Below, in pieces: positions 9,719 through 19,318 of a stretch of 64,000 bases of DNA. The notes under the pieces are model-generated. The model did not search any database and was not told the origin of the DNA. It saw only the letters and a list, made by a program, of their open reading frames with translations. Made by a program: the position numbers and the translations under genes. Origin of the DNA: Candidatus Atabeyarchaeum deiterrae (GTDB lineage Archaea > Asgardarchaeota > Atabeyarchaeia > Atabeyarchaeales > Atabeyarchaeaceae); assembly GCA_037310415.1 (NCBI GenBank), contig CP147780.1, positions 584,701 to 648,700 of the forward strand. Direction: 5' to 3'. Position 1 is the first letter of the stretch; each line of letters starts with the position of its first letter.

Positions 9719-10573
9719 GTGGGAGCGGACACCAGACTTCAAAAGATGGTGTTTCAGATGAAAAGAACAATGAGAATATTCATGCCAATTGTTTTTGTCC
9801 TTGCAGTTGTAATGATTGCGCCTATTTTCCTTTCATTTTACTATCCAGTGTTTCAAAATATCTTCGTCGCGTATTGGAGCCTAGTCGCTACTATCATACT
9901 GGTTGGTTTGACCGCATGGTACTCTATTATGACAAGCGAGACATTGGCTGAGACTAGAAAGGAGAGAATGCGACCAACACTTGCCCACGTAGTGAGCAAA
10001 GCACTACCCCTCTTGATAGATGACCTTGACAGGGAGATCGCTTCCAAGAACTACGACTACCACAATGATCCGCCGTACTTTCACACCCTAGACCCCGAAG
10101 CCCACGTCGAGAACGAAAACGTAATGGAGAAGTTTTTCATGCAGAAGCTGCTCAAAGAGTATCCTCGAACAGCCTTGCTCGTCAAAGACCACAATGAACT
10201 TGTAACTAAACTGAAGAAATCATACGAGGAAATCTTCAAGTCACTATACACAGAGGACTTCAAAACGACCATCCAAAAGGCTATAGACGAATACAACAAA
10301 ACTGCGGAGAAACCCATTGACCACACCCCGGAAAGCTACGCAATAGAGTTGATAAACTACTCCGATGAATTCATGATGAGCCTCACGGCAGACGCATTTA
10401 TGTTTTACAGAGCAAAGAAAGACGTCTTGAAGGAGTTTCTGGTGCGGGAAGAAGTTCAAGAGAAGATAAAAACTCGTGATGAGATCTCCTCGAAACTCAA
10501 GGAAAGTGCAAGAGAACTGAAAGAAGAGTTTGAGAAGATACAGAGAACATTGGCGGAGGAATATCTGTTGTAG
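9719..10573 (+). CDS. Membrane-anchored coiled-coil protein, unknown function
   Basis: Two N-terminal TM helices, then a K/E-rich helical region. The start is more likely the Met at about 9758. Confidence 0.5.
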   Translation: MGADTRLQKMVFQMKRTMRIFMPIVFVLAVVMIAPIFLSFYYPVFQNIFVAYWSLVATIILVGLTAWYSIMTSETLAETRKERMRPTLAHVVSKALPLLIDDLDREIASKNYDYHNDPPYFHTLDPEAHVENENVMEKFFMQKLLKEYPRTALLVKDHNELVTKLKKSYEEIFKSLYTEDFKTTIQKAIDEYNKTAEKPIDHTPESYAIELINYSDEFMMSLTADAFMFYRAKKDVLKEFLVREEVQEKIKTRDEISSKLKESARELKEEFEKIQRTLAEEYLL

Positions 10574-10809
10574 TCTTCGTGGATCCCGGTCAGAAGTCAT
10601 TTCATCTCCTTTCCTCTTGAAGTTCTCAAAGGAAAATCGCAATAGCAAACGGAGTGCGATGAAATGGAATCAAGGAGGCATCCTATTGAAACACTAGACT
10701 GTCCTTCAGGAAGTCACATTGACCCGATCAACAAGGCGAGCTAGGCTGTTGCGGACTGAGACATATACTCATACCTTGTTAGAGGCTTCTCTACGTTGTG
10801 AGTTGAGTG

Positions 10810-11697
10810 TTATCTTGAAGCTTTTCGCGGTTTCTGCGCTGGGTCGACGTGGATGACACAATGATGACACTCTGTCTCACGACTGACTTTGTCATGGACG
10901 TCTTCGGAAATCCTGTCTGCCTCTTCTATCGGGGTGCCTCTTGCCACTTCTATGTGGAAACCTGTGTGGACTATGTTTGGTCCGACATACTCGGCTATTA
11001 GATCATGGACGCCGAGTACCCCCTCGACTGATTTCGCAGTTGACTCTATTTTTCTCATGAATTGCTTGTTCGGTGCTCTGCCAACGAGGTAGCGGAAGTT
11101 GTCTTTGAAGAGGTATACGCCGCCTATGACGATTATTGCACCTATAATCATGGATGCTATTGCATCTGCTAGATAGTATCCTTGCGAAACTAGGTACACG
11201 CCTATCAAGGAAGGAACATAGGAGATCTCGTCTTTCACGAGTTGGACTAGCCCTGCTTTTGACGAAGCGCCTCTTTGCTTTACCCTCAGAATGCCAATCA
11301 TCGGAATTGCTAACACGAGCATGGATACTAAGATCGCTATCAGGCCGAGGCTGACGTTTTGGAGCGCACTGGATTCGGGTTGCAGAAACTTGTCGATAGA
11401 CTGACGGAAGACTTCGAGACCCATGAAAGATATGAAAATTACGGATGAGACGAGTGCCGCGACATTCTGTGTTCTTCCGCGACCAAACATGTAGAATTCA
11501 TCCGCTGGCTTCTTTGACCAGTATAGAGAAAGAAGAAGGAAGGCAGACACCAGTACGTCGCCGAGCACCTCCAACGCTTGCGCGAACAACACGAGGATGC
11601 TTGTCATAAAGTATGTCAGAAGTTGTAGAACAAAAATGATGGTGTAAGCTACGAAAGTGATTCTCAGGCCACGTGTTTCCCCGGCGTGTTCTGTCAT
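10810..11697 (-). CDS. Cation diffusion facilitator (CDF) family metal efflux transporter
   Basis: Six TM helices with LGDVLVS and ADAIASMIIG motifs, plus a C-terminal cytoplasmic domain (VHDLIAEYVGPNIVHTGFHIEV). Confidence 0.85.
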   Translation of the reverse strand: MTEHAGETRGLRITFVAYTIIFVLQLLTYFMTSILVLFAQALEVLGDVLVSAFLLLSLYWSKKPADEFYMFGRGRTQNVAALVSSVIFISFMGLEVFRQSIDKFLQPESSALQNVSLGLIAILVSMLVLAIPMIGILRVKQRGASSKAGLVQLVKDEISYVPSLIGVYLVSQGYYLADAIASMIIGAIIVIGGVYLFKDNFRYLVGRAPNKQFMRKIESTAKSVEGVLGVHDLIAEYVGPNIVHTGFHIEVARGTPIEEADRISEDVHDKVSRETECHHCVIHVDPAQKPRKASR

Positions 11698-11727
11698 TTG
11701 AGTCGTCCATCCGTCTATGACGCGTAG

Positions 11728-12303
11728 CTAGTGTTTGTGTTCGCTGGCTTTTTGTTCGCCGTGTTCGTGTTCGCCCATCGTTTCTCCTTCTTCGTGTTCT
11801 CCTTTGCCTGTTATGGATGTGTAGATGTGGTGTGAGAACAGCTCGAATCCAAGCATTGCTTTGATGTACTTCCTGGCGGCTACTACGTCATTTGGATCGT
11901 AGTCCTTTTTGGACATGGCGTCACTAAACTTCTCTTGCAGCACCTCTTCAACGGTATGTTGGAGGAATTCTATTACTTCTCTTGGGTTTCCTGTTTCGAT
12001 TGCTTTTTCTGCACGCGGAACTACTGGGCCCCAATCGAGTCCTGCTGGTTTCAGCCCAGTGTATGATGCTCCTTCTCCTGCTCTGTGCAAGCGCACTGCT
12101 GTTTCAAAGAACCAGTAGTCTGCAACCTCTTTTGCTTCCTTGCCTTGTTTTCTCGCTCGCAGTGTTTTCTCAAAAGCCTTCTTTAACTCTTCTTCCCCTT
12201 CTTTCGGCAGATAGGGAAGTATGAGTTTGACATTACCTTTCTCTAAGGCGCTAGTTGCGGCCTTAACGACGGGTCCATCTAATGTATCGCAATGTGGGGG
12301 CAT
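11728..12303 (-). CDS. Conserved hypothetical protein with His/Glu-rich tail (DUF6448-like)
   Basis: MPPHCDTLDGPVV start. The C-terminal tail GEHEEGETMGEHEHGEQKASEHKH suggests metal binding. Adjacent to the CDF gene. Confidence 0.5.
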   Translation of the reverse strand: MPPHCDTLDGPVVKAATSALEKGNVKLILPYLPKEGEEELKKAFEKTLRARKQGKEAKEVADYWFFETAVRLHRAGEGASYTGLKPAGLDWGPVVPRAEKAIETGNPREVIEFLQHTVEEVLQEKFSDAMSKKDYDPNDVVAARKYIKAMLGFELFSHHIYTSITGKGEHEEGETMGEHEHGEQKASEHKH

Positions 12304-12439
12304 CCCACTCGTTCACCTCCGCAGCATGAACAGGTTCCCTTCCTAATATTCTTGACTCTTATAATGGAATAAAGGGTCCGCTTCGTTTTCAGTTTTTGCA
12401 TCTTATATAGAATGGGGGTGTGATGACCTTGCAGATGGA

Positions 12440-15400
12440 TAGGGAAGGTAGCAGGAGACTGGTTTCGCGTGCTTCTGGAGGACATCCTCTATAACTTGCT
12501 TGTTTTCTTTGTTGGGATACCTGTTGCGGTTCTCTTTTTGTTGCTGGTTTTGTGTATTGCTTTCAAGTCTGCTCGCGGGTCCGTTTCTCACCTCGCTCGG
12601 TGGATGCTTCACGGCTTGGGGGTCTTGACACCGTACATGATCGTGGTGGTATTTGCGCTTGGTGTTGGAATTGCATGTTTCCATGTGCTGGTGTTTAGCA
12701 GTGAGTTGGTGAGGTTAACTCTCAGTTGTGCTGTTACTCTTTTGGTGTCTTACTCGATTCTCGCCTTGGCTGTGATGCATGCTAGGTGGTCGTCGAGTTT
12801 GGTAAAGTTCGTCGCGTTCTCATGTTTCTTCGTTATATTGATGGATGTTCTTGTTGGGTTTCTTGTGAGTGATGATTTGGTTCGGGTTTTGGCTTCTTGG
12901 GGTTCTTCTGTGTTTCTCGGGTGGCTTCTTCTCTATGAGAGGGATACTCTGAGGGCTTCAATGGGGTCCTTGAAACTAAGGATTAGGAAGCCTAAAGGTG
13001 ACGTGGAGCCTACATCTTTTGGCAATAGGGATCGTGAGTTGCCTGCAAATGGGAGCGGAGGAAGGAGTAGCGAGAGTGGGGGTTGTGAGGTTGGGTCAGT
13101 TGAGGTTGTCGGTATCCCTGAGAGTTACTTCTTCGGGAAGGTGGGGAATCGGAGAGACGGAGAAGCCGAGGGGTCCGGAGACGAAGATATTGCGGCTAGG
13201 TTTCGTGGATTCGCGGTGTCCCTGATTGAACATGGGTGCACCTTCGCGTTTAGCCAGGTTTACCATGGGGGTCGTGGGAGGTTCTTCATTCAGTGTAAGG
13301 AGCAAGATAGGTCTAAGCTTGCGCGGTTGGTGGAAGGTGTTGATGCATCTTTACATTCTTGGTTCCCCGATTTTGACACGAAGATACGCTACGGGGATGT
13401 TGAGTCTTCATTGGGTGGCGGGAGGCATGCTTGTGGTTGGGTTTCGAATCTGCCAGCTCCTTCGAGGAATCCTGTGAAGTATATTGCTGAGTTTTTTGTT
13501 CAGAGGAGGCTTACTGGTTCTGTGGTGGTGGTTGCTGAGGGGAGCACATCTTCTCTTTCATCTTTCGTGAAGAGGGGGCGTTATGGGAGGTTGTCGGCTA
13601 AGGCTGCGAGGCAGGAGCAGCAGAGCCCCATCGTGGGAGTGCACAACAAATCCACTATTACCAGTCGATCGAGTTGGGGTGCTGAGAAGGAGTTGAAGCA
13701 TTTAGGGACCGAGCTTGAGAGGTTGGGTTCGAAGCTGCAGGCAAAGTGTTGGATTACACTGACATGTGAGAGCTCCACGAGTGAGGAGGCTGAGATGGAT
13801 CTGGATTTGGTGCTTAGGACATTTGTGGGGGCGTTTAGTTTTGAGGAGGAGCGCCATGAGATGCGTTTTGGGAAGTTTCCCAGGAGGCAGGCTGAGGTTG
13901 TTTACCGCGCTACATCCAAGTTGAGTCCCCGGGGTAGGAGTACGGTTTTGCTGCCTTCTGATTTGGCGTTGTATTTTTGGTTGCCTGAGATGGACTCGGT
14001 TGCTCGGGTGAAGAGGAAAGGCGGTTTCTTAGCTCCTACTGGAGAGGAGGTTGAAGGTGGGGAGATTCTACTTGGTGGGGTTCTTCGCCATGGGTGTGTG
14101 TCGGATGTTGAGGCTCGCCTCACGCTTGGTGATTTGGCTCGCCACTGTTTGGTTGTGGGTTCCACTGGGAGTGGAAAGACGTGGACGACATTGTCCATAG
14201 CGATGGCTTTGCATCGGCTTGGGGTTCCTTTTTTGGTGCTTGATCCTGTGAAGAAGGAGTATAGGTGTTTGGTTGGCGCTGTTCCTGGGTTGCGTGTCTT
14301 CACGGTTGGGGATGAGGGTGTTGCGCCTTTTCGCTTCAATATTCTTGAGGTTCCCTTTGGAGTTAAGGCGCAGAAGCATGTTGACTTGGTGGAGGATGCT
14401 TTGTGTGCTTCTATTGTGATGTATCCTCCTGCGCCCTATGTTTTGCACATGGCTTTGAATCGCACTTACAGGGAACATGGTTGGGACTTGACATATGGAG
14501 AACGTGGTGGAGCTGTGTCTTTGCGTGATTTGAGGCGGAGTGTGAGGGACGTTGTTGTCGAGGAGGGTTACGAGGGTGAGCCGAGAAGCACTATTATTGC
14601 GGCTTTGAATACTCGGTTTGAGAGTTTATCTGTAGGTGGTAAGGGAGCGGCCCTGTGCAGCAGGGTATCCATGTCTCCTCAAGAGTTGATTGCTAATCCG
14701 ACTGTGGTTGAGTTTGGTGAGATGGGGGCGCAGGAGGATCGCGCCATGGTTATCCTCATGGTGCTATCGTCCATCTACGAGTATCTGCAGACACTTGGAC
14801 CAACATCTAAGCCCAGGTGCGCCATCATATTGGAGGAGGCCGGCTCACTCTTCGGCAACGTTGGCGCTAAGGGTGGAGCAGAATACGATTCTAAGGAATC
14901 TAGGAGAAAGGCGATTGAGGTTATTTCACGCATTACCGCTGAGATTCGCTCCCTTGGTGGCATGATTATTTTTGTGAATCAAAGTGCAGTTGGCTTGCCG
15001 CTTGAGGTGACCGAGAATACTTCCACGAAGATTGTGCATCAGGTTGCGGATGATGAGGATGCGGAGAAGGTTGCACGCATGTTCGGGTTAAATGAGGAGC
15101 AAAAACGTGCGCTTGCGAGTCTGGAGGTTGGTAGGCCTGTTATTAAGACGCCAAATGTGAGTCACCCGTTTCAGGTTGAGGTAACTCCTGTGACGAGTTA
15201 TGGGGTTGACCCTACCAAGTTTGTTACGGATGAGGAGTTGAGGAGGTACATGAGGGCGACGTTCTATGATGCTAACCCGCAGTATCTTAAGGCGAGTGTG
15301 ATGACGCCCACTGAGAAGACGCCAACATCGGCTCCGAGTGTGACCGTTTCCGTTGTGAATGGAGGCAGGCTAGCTGAATCAATTGTAGCTCGGGCAGACT

Positions 15401-15680
15401 TTGAGGCAAAGTTTTGTAAATCTGTGGGGAGACATCACGAGGGTGAGGGTGTGAAGGCGGTTGTGAAGCTGCTTATTGCGGAGGCTTCAAGGTATACGCG
15501 GAAACGTAAGGAGGAGGAGACGCTTGCAATGGAGATCCTCAACAGAGCTAATGACAAGTACTGCGTGAACCTGAGACCGGAAGTACGCAGGAGAGTCAAC
15601 GTGTTGGTGAAGAGGGAACTGATGGCTGACCTGCAAACGGCTGGCGGCGTGAGATCTTCCTAGTTGGAGAGTTATATTAG
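12440..15680 (+). other. G+T-biased tract on the + strand (tract 1)
   Basis: Codons of the 1064-aa gene end overwhelmingly in G or T when read by eye. The flanking genes (11728-12303, 15689-17473) are compositionally ordinary. Confidence 0.6.
12469..15663 (+). CDS. Membrane-anchored HerA/FtsK-like P-loop ATPase
   Basis: About 150 aa of TM helices, Walker A VVGSTGSGKTWTT, Walker B AIILEEAGSLF. The C-terminal block FGLNEEQKRALASLEVGRPVIKTP is shared with the 1265-aa paralogue at 30993-34790. GTG start. Confidence 0.7.
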   Translation: MLLEDILYNLLVFFVGIPVAVLFLLLVLCIAFKSARGSVSHLARWMLHGLGVLTPYMIVVVFALGVGIACFHVLVFSSELVRLTLSCAVTLLVSYSILALAVMHARWSSSLVKFVAFSCFFVILMDVLVGFLVSDDLVRVLASWGSSVFLGWLLLYERDTLRASMGSLKLRIRKPKGDVEPTSFGNRDRELPANGSGGRSSESGGCEVGSVEVVGIPESYFFGKVGNRRDGEAEGSGDEDIAARFRGFAVSLIEHGCTFAFSQVYHGGRGRFFIQCKEQDRSKLARLVEGVDASLHSWFPDFDTKIRYGDVESSLGGGRHACGWVSNLPAPSRNPVKYIAEFFVQRRLTGSVVVVAEGSTSSLSSFVKRGRYGRLSAKAARQEQQSPIVGVHNKSTITSRSSWGAEKELKHLGTELERLGSKLQAKCWITLTCESSTSEEAEMDLDLVLRTFVGAFSFEEERHEMRFGKFPRRQAEVVYRATSKLSPRGRSTVLLPSDLALYFWLPEMDSVARVKRKGGFLAPTGEEVEGGEILLGGVLRHGCVSDVEARLTLGDLARHCLVVGSTGSGKTWTTLSIAMALHRLGVPFLVLDPVKKEYRCLVGAVPGLRVFTVGDEGVAPFRFNILEVPFGVKAQKHVDLVEDALCASIVMYPPAPYVLHMALNRTYREHGWDLTYGERGGAVSLRDLRRSVRDVVVEEGYEGEPRSTIIAALNTRFESLSVGGKGAALCSRVSMSPQELIANPTVVEFGEMGAQEDRAMVILMVLSSIYEYLQTLGPTSKPRCAIILEEAGSLFGNVGAKGGAEYDSKESRRKAIEVISRITAEIRSLGGMIIFVNQSAVGLPLEVTENTSTKIVHQVADDEDAEKVARMFGLNEEQKRALASLEVGRPVIKTPNVSHPFQVEVTPVTSYGVDPTKFVTDEELRRYMRATFYDANPQYLKASVMTPTEKTPTSAPSVTVSVVNGGRLAESIVARADFEAKFCKSVGRHHEGEGVKAVVKLLIAEASRYTRKRKEEETLAMEILNRANDKYCVNLRPEVRRRVNVLVKRELMADLQTAGGVRSS

Positions 15681-15688
15681 ATGGTGAT

Positions 15689-17473
15689 GTGGGTCGGGGA
15701 GGATTACTGTATTTGCCAAGGGAGTCTGAAGGGCACGAGCACGTAGAGGATGACGCAGAATCTTCCCTGGGTTCCGATGAACAGGAAGAAGGGAAATGGG
15801 GTGAACTTCGCGAAGAAGCTGAGTTGACGGATGAATCGGCCCTTAGGGAATACGAGGAATCGCTGACAAGTCAGCAAGGGGAGGGGGGAAGAGAAAAAGA
15901 TGCCTCAGAGACCGATGATGAGTCAGTCGCCGTGTCTGAGGAAGAGGAATGGAAGCAATTCGTGGATTCAACTCTCAACGAATATGAGAATTCATTGAAC
16001 GAATCGATAAGAAAAGATGAAGTGGTCAAGGCGACAGAATCACAGGAATCCAGTGCAAATGTGGAGCAAAGAAGCCAGACAACTGAAGGGGAACCCCAAC
16101 AAATCGATGAGCCCACTAAGCGAGCAGAAGTTCCATCAACCGAACCACGACAAGAACCCAACATGGATAGGGATAACGAAGCGGACGGAGTAAAGGTGAC
16201 TGATAAGGTCACGGTGAAATTCGATGAGAATGAGGGCCTTACAATAATCTCTGAGAACTTGAACTATAGGATCGCAACTGTGGAGCATGAGACTATAGGG
16301 GGATTGGAATTCGACAGGTACAAGACTAACATGGGAGAAGAGTTTCTACACATACCTAGTGAAAACAAGTTGATCCCACCCTATGAAACGCCATGGTACG
16401 CATTACGTCCAAACACCGAAGTATATCTTGACCTGAGCTACAAAACTGACCGATTGCTGGAGGCGATAAGCAAGGCGGGAGGAGAAGTGGCGTTTCGAAA
16501 GGAGATGAAGGAAAGGGGCGCAATCTTCAGCAACGGAAATGTATACAGGCATCTGCACCAGCAGAGAGACGGCTTGAGAGCCGACAAACTGATTTCAGTC
16601 CTCAAATTTCTGGGAAGGAATCTCGATGAGCCAAACAAACATATCAGAGCGATAGGACATTGCAGGGCAATAGAAAACCCAAAACTACCATTCAGACTCA
16701 ATAACAACGACGGAGCAAGATTGATGGGAGCAAGGTATTCAGACGGAACTAACTCTGCATCGAAGGGACGTGGACCAAGATTCAACTACGCGAACAATGA
16801 CGCAGGGCAAAGAAACAGGATCGTAGAATCCCTGAAGAATGTTTTCGGTGGGGCAAATATACTCAACAGAGAGTACAACACTGGTGAAGTGGCGAAAGTG
16901 CGTACTTCATCAGACATCGTTGGATATGTATTGATGAGAGCAGGAGCTGTGACAGGGGAAATAGTTGACAAGAACCCACACATACCTGTGCTAATACGGG
17001 AAGGGTCTTTGGAAATGAAACGCGAGTGGCTAATCCAAGCATCTGGTGATGAGGGATACGTCTGGCCACAGAAAGGCAAAGTGTGCATAGGAAGAGCGGT
17101 TGAAGCATCAAGCGTTCTGTCCAAGGAGATGACCGATCGCCTTGATGGAATGAGTTGGCAGGACAAGTTCATAAACAGGAGATTTGTCTGTGGCATAAGA
17201 CCATGCAAGGATCTCCCTGGCGACATCTACGGAGTGGTAGAAGGTCATCCACCTAACCTTCTTTTGGAAGAGAAGAAGATGCTCAGTCATTTTGATATTG
17301 AGGCACGAATGTATCCCATAGAGATGCACAGGGGAAAGTATGGCGACTACTCAGCCCACTGGACCCTACAGACAGAGACAAGGGAAGATGGAAGACGATT
17401 CGCCGAAAAGATCGGGTTCCCCCAAGAAAGAAAACAAAAGAAGGCAGTTTCAGTCCTAAGACTCGACAGGTGA
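15689..17473 (+). CDS. Acidic N-terminal region fused to a two-motif LAGLIDADG-fold domain
   Basis: The first ~165 aa are D/E-rich. The LAGLIDADG-like pair ARLMGARYSDGT and REWLIQASGDEGYV has typical spacing and intervening helices (IVESLKNVFG, LLLEEKKMLSHFDI). Lies 25 nt after the ATPase gene. Confidence 0.55.
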   Translation: MGRGGLLYLPRESEGHEHVEDDAESSLGSDEQEEGKWGELREEAELTDESALREYEESLTSQQGEGGREKDASETDDESVAVSEEEEWKQFVDSTLNEYENSLNESIRKDEVVKATESQESSANVEQRSQTTEGEPQQIDEPTKRAEVPSTEPRQEPNMDRDNEADGVKVTDKVTVKFDENEGLTIISENLNYRIATVEHETIGGLEFDRYKTNMGEEFLHIPSENKLIPPYETPWYALRPNTEVYLDLSYKTDRLLEAISKAGGEVAFRKEMKERGAIFSNGNVYRHLHQQRDGLRADKLISVLKFLGRNLDEPNKHIRAIGHCRAIENPKLPFRLNNNDGARLMGARYSDGTNSASKGRGPRFNYANNDAGQRNRIVESLKNVFGGANILNREYNTGEVAKVRTSSDIVGYVLMRAGAVTGEIVDKNPHIPVLIREGSLEMKREWLIQASGDEGYVWPQKGKVCIGRAVEASSVLSKEMTDRLDGMSWQDKFINRRFVCGIRPCKDLPGDIYGVVEGHPPNLLLEEKKMLSHFDIEARMYPIEMHRGKYGDYSAHWTLQTETREDGRRFAEKIGFPQERKQKKAVSVLRLDR

Positions 17474-17479
17474 GGAAGT

Positions 17480-17788
17480 ATGGTTGATGATAGAGAAATG
17501 GTAGAAATGATTAAGCAAGCATATGAAGAGCTAAAGACCCGAGATATTGGAAAAGAGGAACTACTCGATTGGCTGAAAAGAAACGGTCTGACACTGGAAC
17601 AGGCGTCAATGGCCATCCACCTAGCCATCCAACAGGGTTTAATCCGATTTTGTTACCCACCCTCTGTTTGCGGAGAAGAACCAGTTCCAAGTTACGAAAG
17701 GATCACAGAAGAAGATCTGCTCCCGCCTGAACTACTGGAAGAAATGCGTACAAGAATTTTCGAAGAGAGTGTAGAGCGACGAAAATGA
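17480..17788 (+). CDS. Small helical (possibly wHTH) protein
   Basis: 102-aa ORF starting 6 nt after the preceding gene. No recognisable motif. Confidence 0.4.
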   Translation: MVDDREMVEMIKQAYEELKTRDIGKEELLDWLKRNGLTLEQASMAIHLAIQQGLIRFCYPPSVCGEEPVPSYERITEEDLLPPELLEEMRTRIFEESVERRK

Positions 17789-18054
17789 GGAAGACATCAT
17801 CAAAGAAAACGATCCCAACAACAGTACGAAGAATTGAAGCCGATCAAGGTAAATCATGAGGGTATCGAGATGGTCAAAATCGGCGGTAACCAAACCAACA
17901 AAACAGACTTCAAAACTGTTGATAGTTCATAGGCCTAGCTGGTCGCTGTGCCATTCGCTTATACCTGACAGTTCTCAGATAGTCCTCCTATTTCAGTAAT
18001 TCTGTAAGCATAACTAATGCCCAAAGGGTATCTCTCGACAAGTTCCCTTTGGTT

Positions 18055-19314
18055 TCATGGGTTCTGTCGCCGCGCTTGTTCAAGCCTCGGATTCCAACAA
18101 GTTGACGGAGGCATATGAATTTCATCAGGAAACCATGCATCGCTCACCATTTTCAACACTTCCTCCTTGGGAAGAGCCCTCGCTTTCATTGAAAGTTCCT
18201 TGTCAACTCTCTTCCTTTCTAGTGAAGCACTATGGAATCTGAAACCCTGTCGGATACAGATGTTTTGCCTCCTCACATTCCTGCGAAACTGTTTGACTTC
18301 TGCATCTGACCAACTGGGATGGATGAAATAATCTTTCGAAGTTTGGGGATAATAGAAGTCGAAGTTGTCATGCAGCTGACTCACCGGTCGATACCTACAA
18401 TCAGTAATCTGGACTTTCCATTCCCAACACTTAAGTCGCTTCTTCTCCATCTCCACAAAAGGTATGTCCCAATTGAAAATCATGAAAATCGATATCTCTT
18501 CGGCGTGATAACTGGCGTTCACCAAGATGTCTAGCTGTTTCTTTATCCGCTCAAATTCATCGTAACCCCAATCCCACGCAATTTTTGGGCTGTCAAACCT
18601 TGCTTTCTTTAGAGCCACTGCCAGTTCAGGCCTCTGTTCAAGTATCTTCCCGTCGAACCCACTTTGAGACTCGCAACGAACTACTCTTCCTTTATACTTC
18701 AACCCAGAGATCTCTGTGAGCAATTCATCAATATGCTCATTCATTAGTAAGTTGTTATCATAGAAGACTAGTCTATTGGAACAGAGCTCACGTTTTATGC
18801 TCTTTTTTGAAGTCCGTTTTGGCTCAAGCTTCCACGTGTAACAGAATTTGCACTGGCGGAGACATCCTCGAGTAGAATGAATGATTTGATAGTCAAGTTG
18901 ATGAGGGTTCTGCCTTACCAGTTTGTAATTGGGCAAACAATTCTCCGCCTTGTTATGAAGACCGACATATGGCTTGACCCGAAATCGCCTACACTTTTCC
19001 TTGAAGTCTTCATTGTTAAAGTGAAGAGAAACGTATATTCCGCCGATCCAGATAACACTTTTTGGATAGGCGTTTCTATAAAACGCAACACTATCCCAGA
19101 AGTATGTGCTCCAATACGTAAACAAGGAAGTTATCCATATCTTATCCGGAATGAAACCGACCCGGCAGTTGCCTATTACCAGTTTTAGCCTCGTTGCCCG
19201 CCCACTTTTCTTAATGTACGTTCCAATCTTCAATAGACCGATCGGTAAGAAGTTCTTATGATTTCTGCTCTTTCTTGGAATTGGGAAATCAGGCTCAACC
19301 AATAGTATTCTCAT
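18055..19314 (-). CDS. Radical SAM enzyme with N-terminal B12-binding-like domain
   Basis: RILLVEP...FLPIGLLKIG Rossmann-like start and CLRQCKFC (CxxxCxxC) cluster motif. Last gene of the five-gene operon. Confidence 0.8.
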   Translation of the reverse strand: MRILLVEPDFPIPRKSRNHKNFLPIGLLKIGTYIKKSGRATRLKLVIGNCRVGFIPDKIWITSLFTYWSTYFWDSVAFYRNAYPKSVIWIGGIYVSLHFNNEDFKEKCRRFRVKPYVGLHNKAENCLPNYKLVRQNPHQLDYQIIHSTRGCLRQCKFCYTWKLEPKRTSKKSIKRELCSNRLVFYDNNLLMNEHIDELLTEISGLKYKGRVVRCESQSGFDGKILEQRPELAVALKKARFDSPKIAWDWGYDEFERIKKQLDILVNASYHAEEISIFMIFNWDIPFVEMEKKRLKCWEWKVQITDCRYRPVSQLHDNFDFYYPQTSKDYFIHPSWSDAEVKQFRRNVRRQNICIRQGFRFHSASLERKRVDKELSMKARALPKEEVLKMVSDAWFPDEIHMPPSTCWNPRLEQARRQNP

Positions 19315-19318
19315 TAGT

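Noticed and set aside
12279-12684. - strand ORFs upstream of and overlapping the start of the 1064-aa ATPase gene.
   Set aside because: They overlap the promoter and start region of the ATPase gene and have low-complexity products.
13902-14478. Two - strand ORFs (145 and 136 aa) inside the 1064-aa ATPase gene.
   Set aside because: They are antisense shadow ORFs spanning the Walker A region of the + frame, with no motifs.
15689-17473. The LAGLIDADG domain as part of an intein.
   Set aside because: No host extein is present. The domain is fused to an acidic region rather than inserted in a conserved protein, and atpA, atpB, PolD-small, cdc6, radA and topA all have intein-free lengths.
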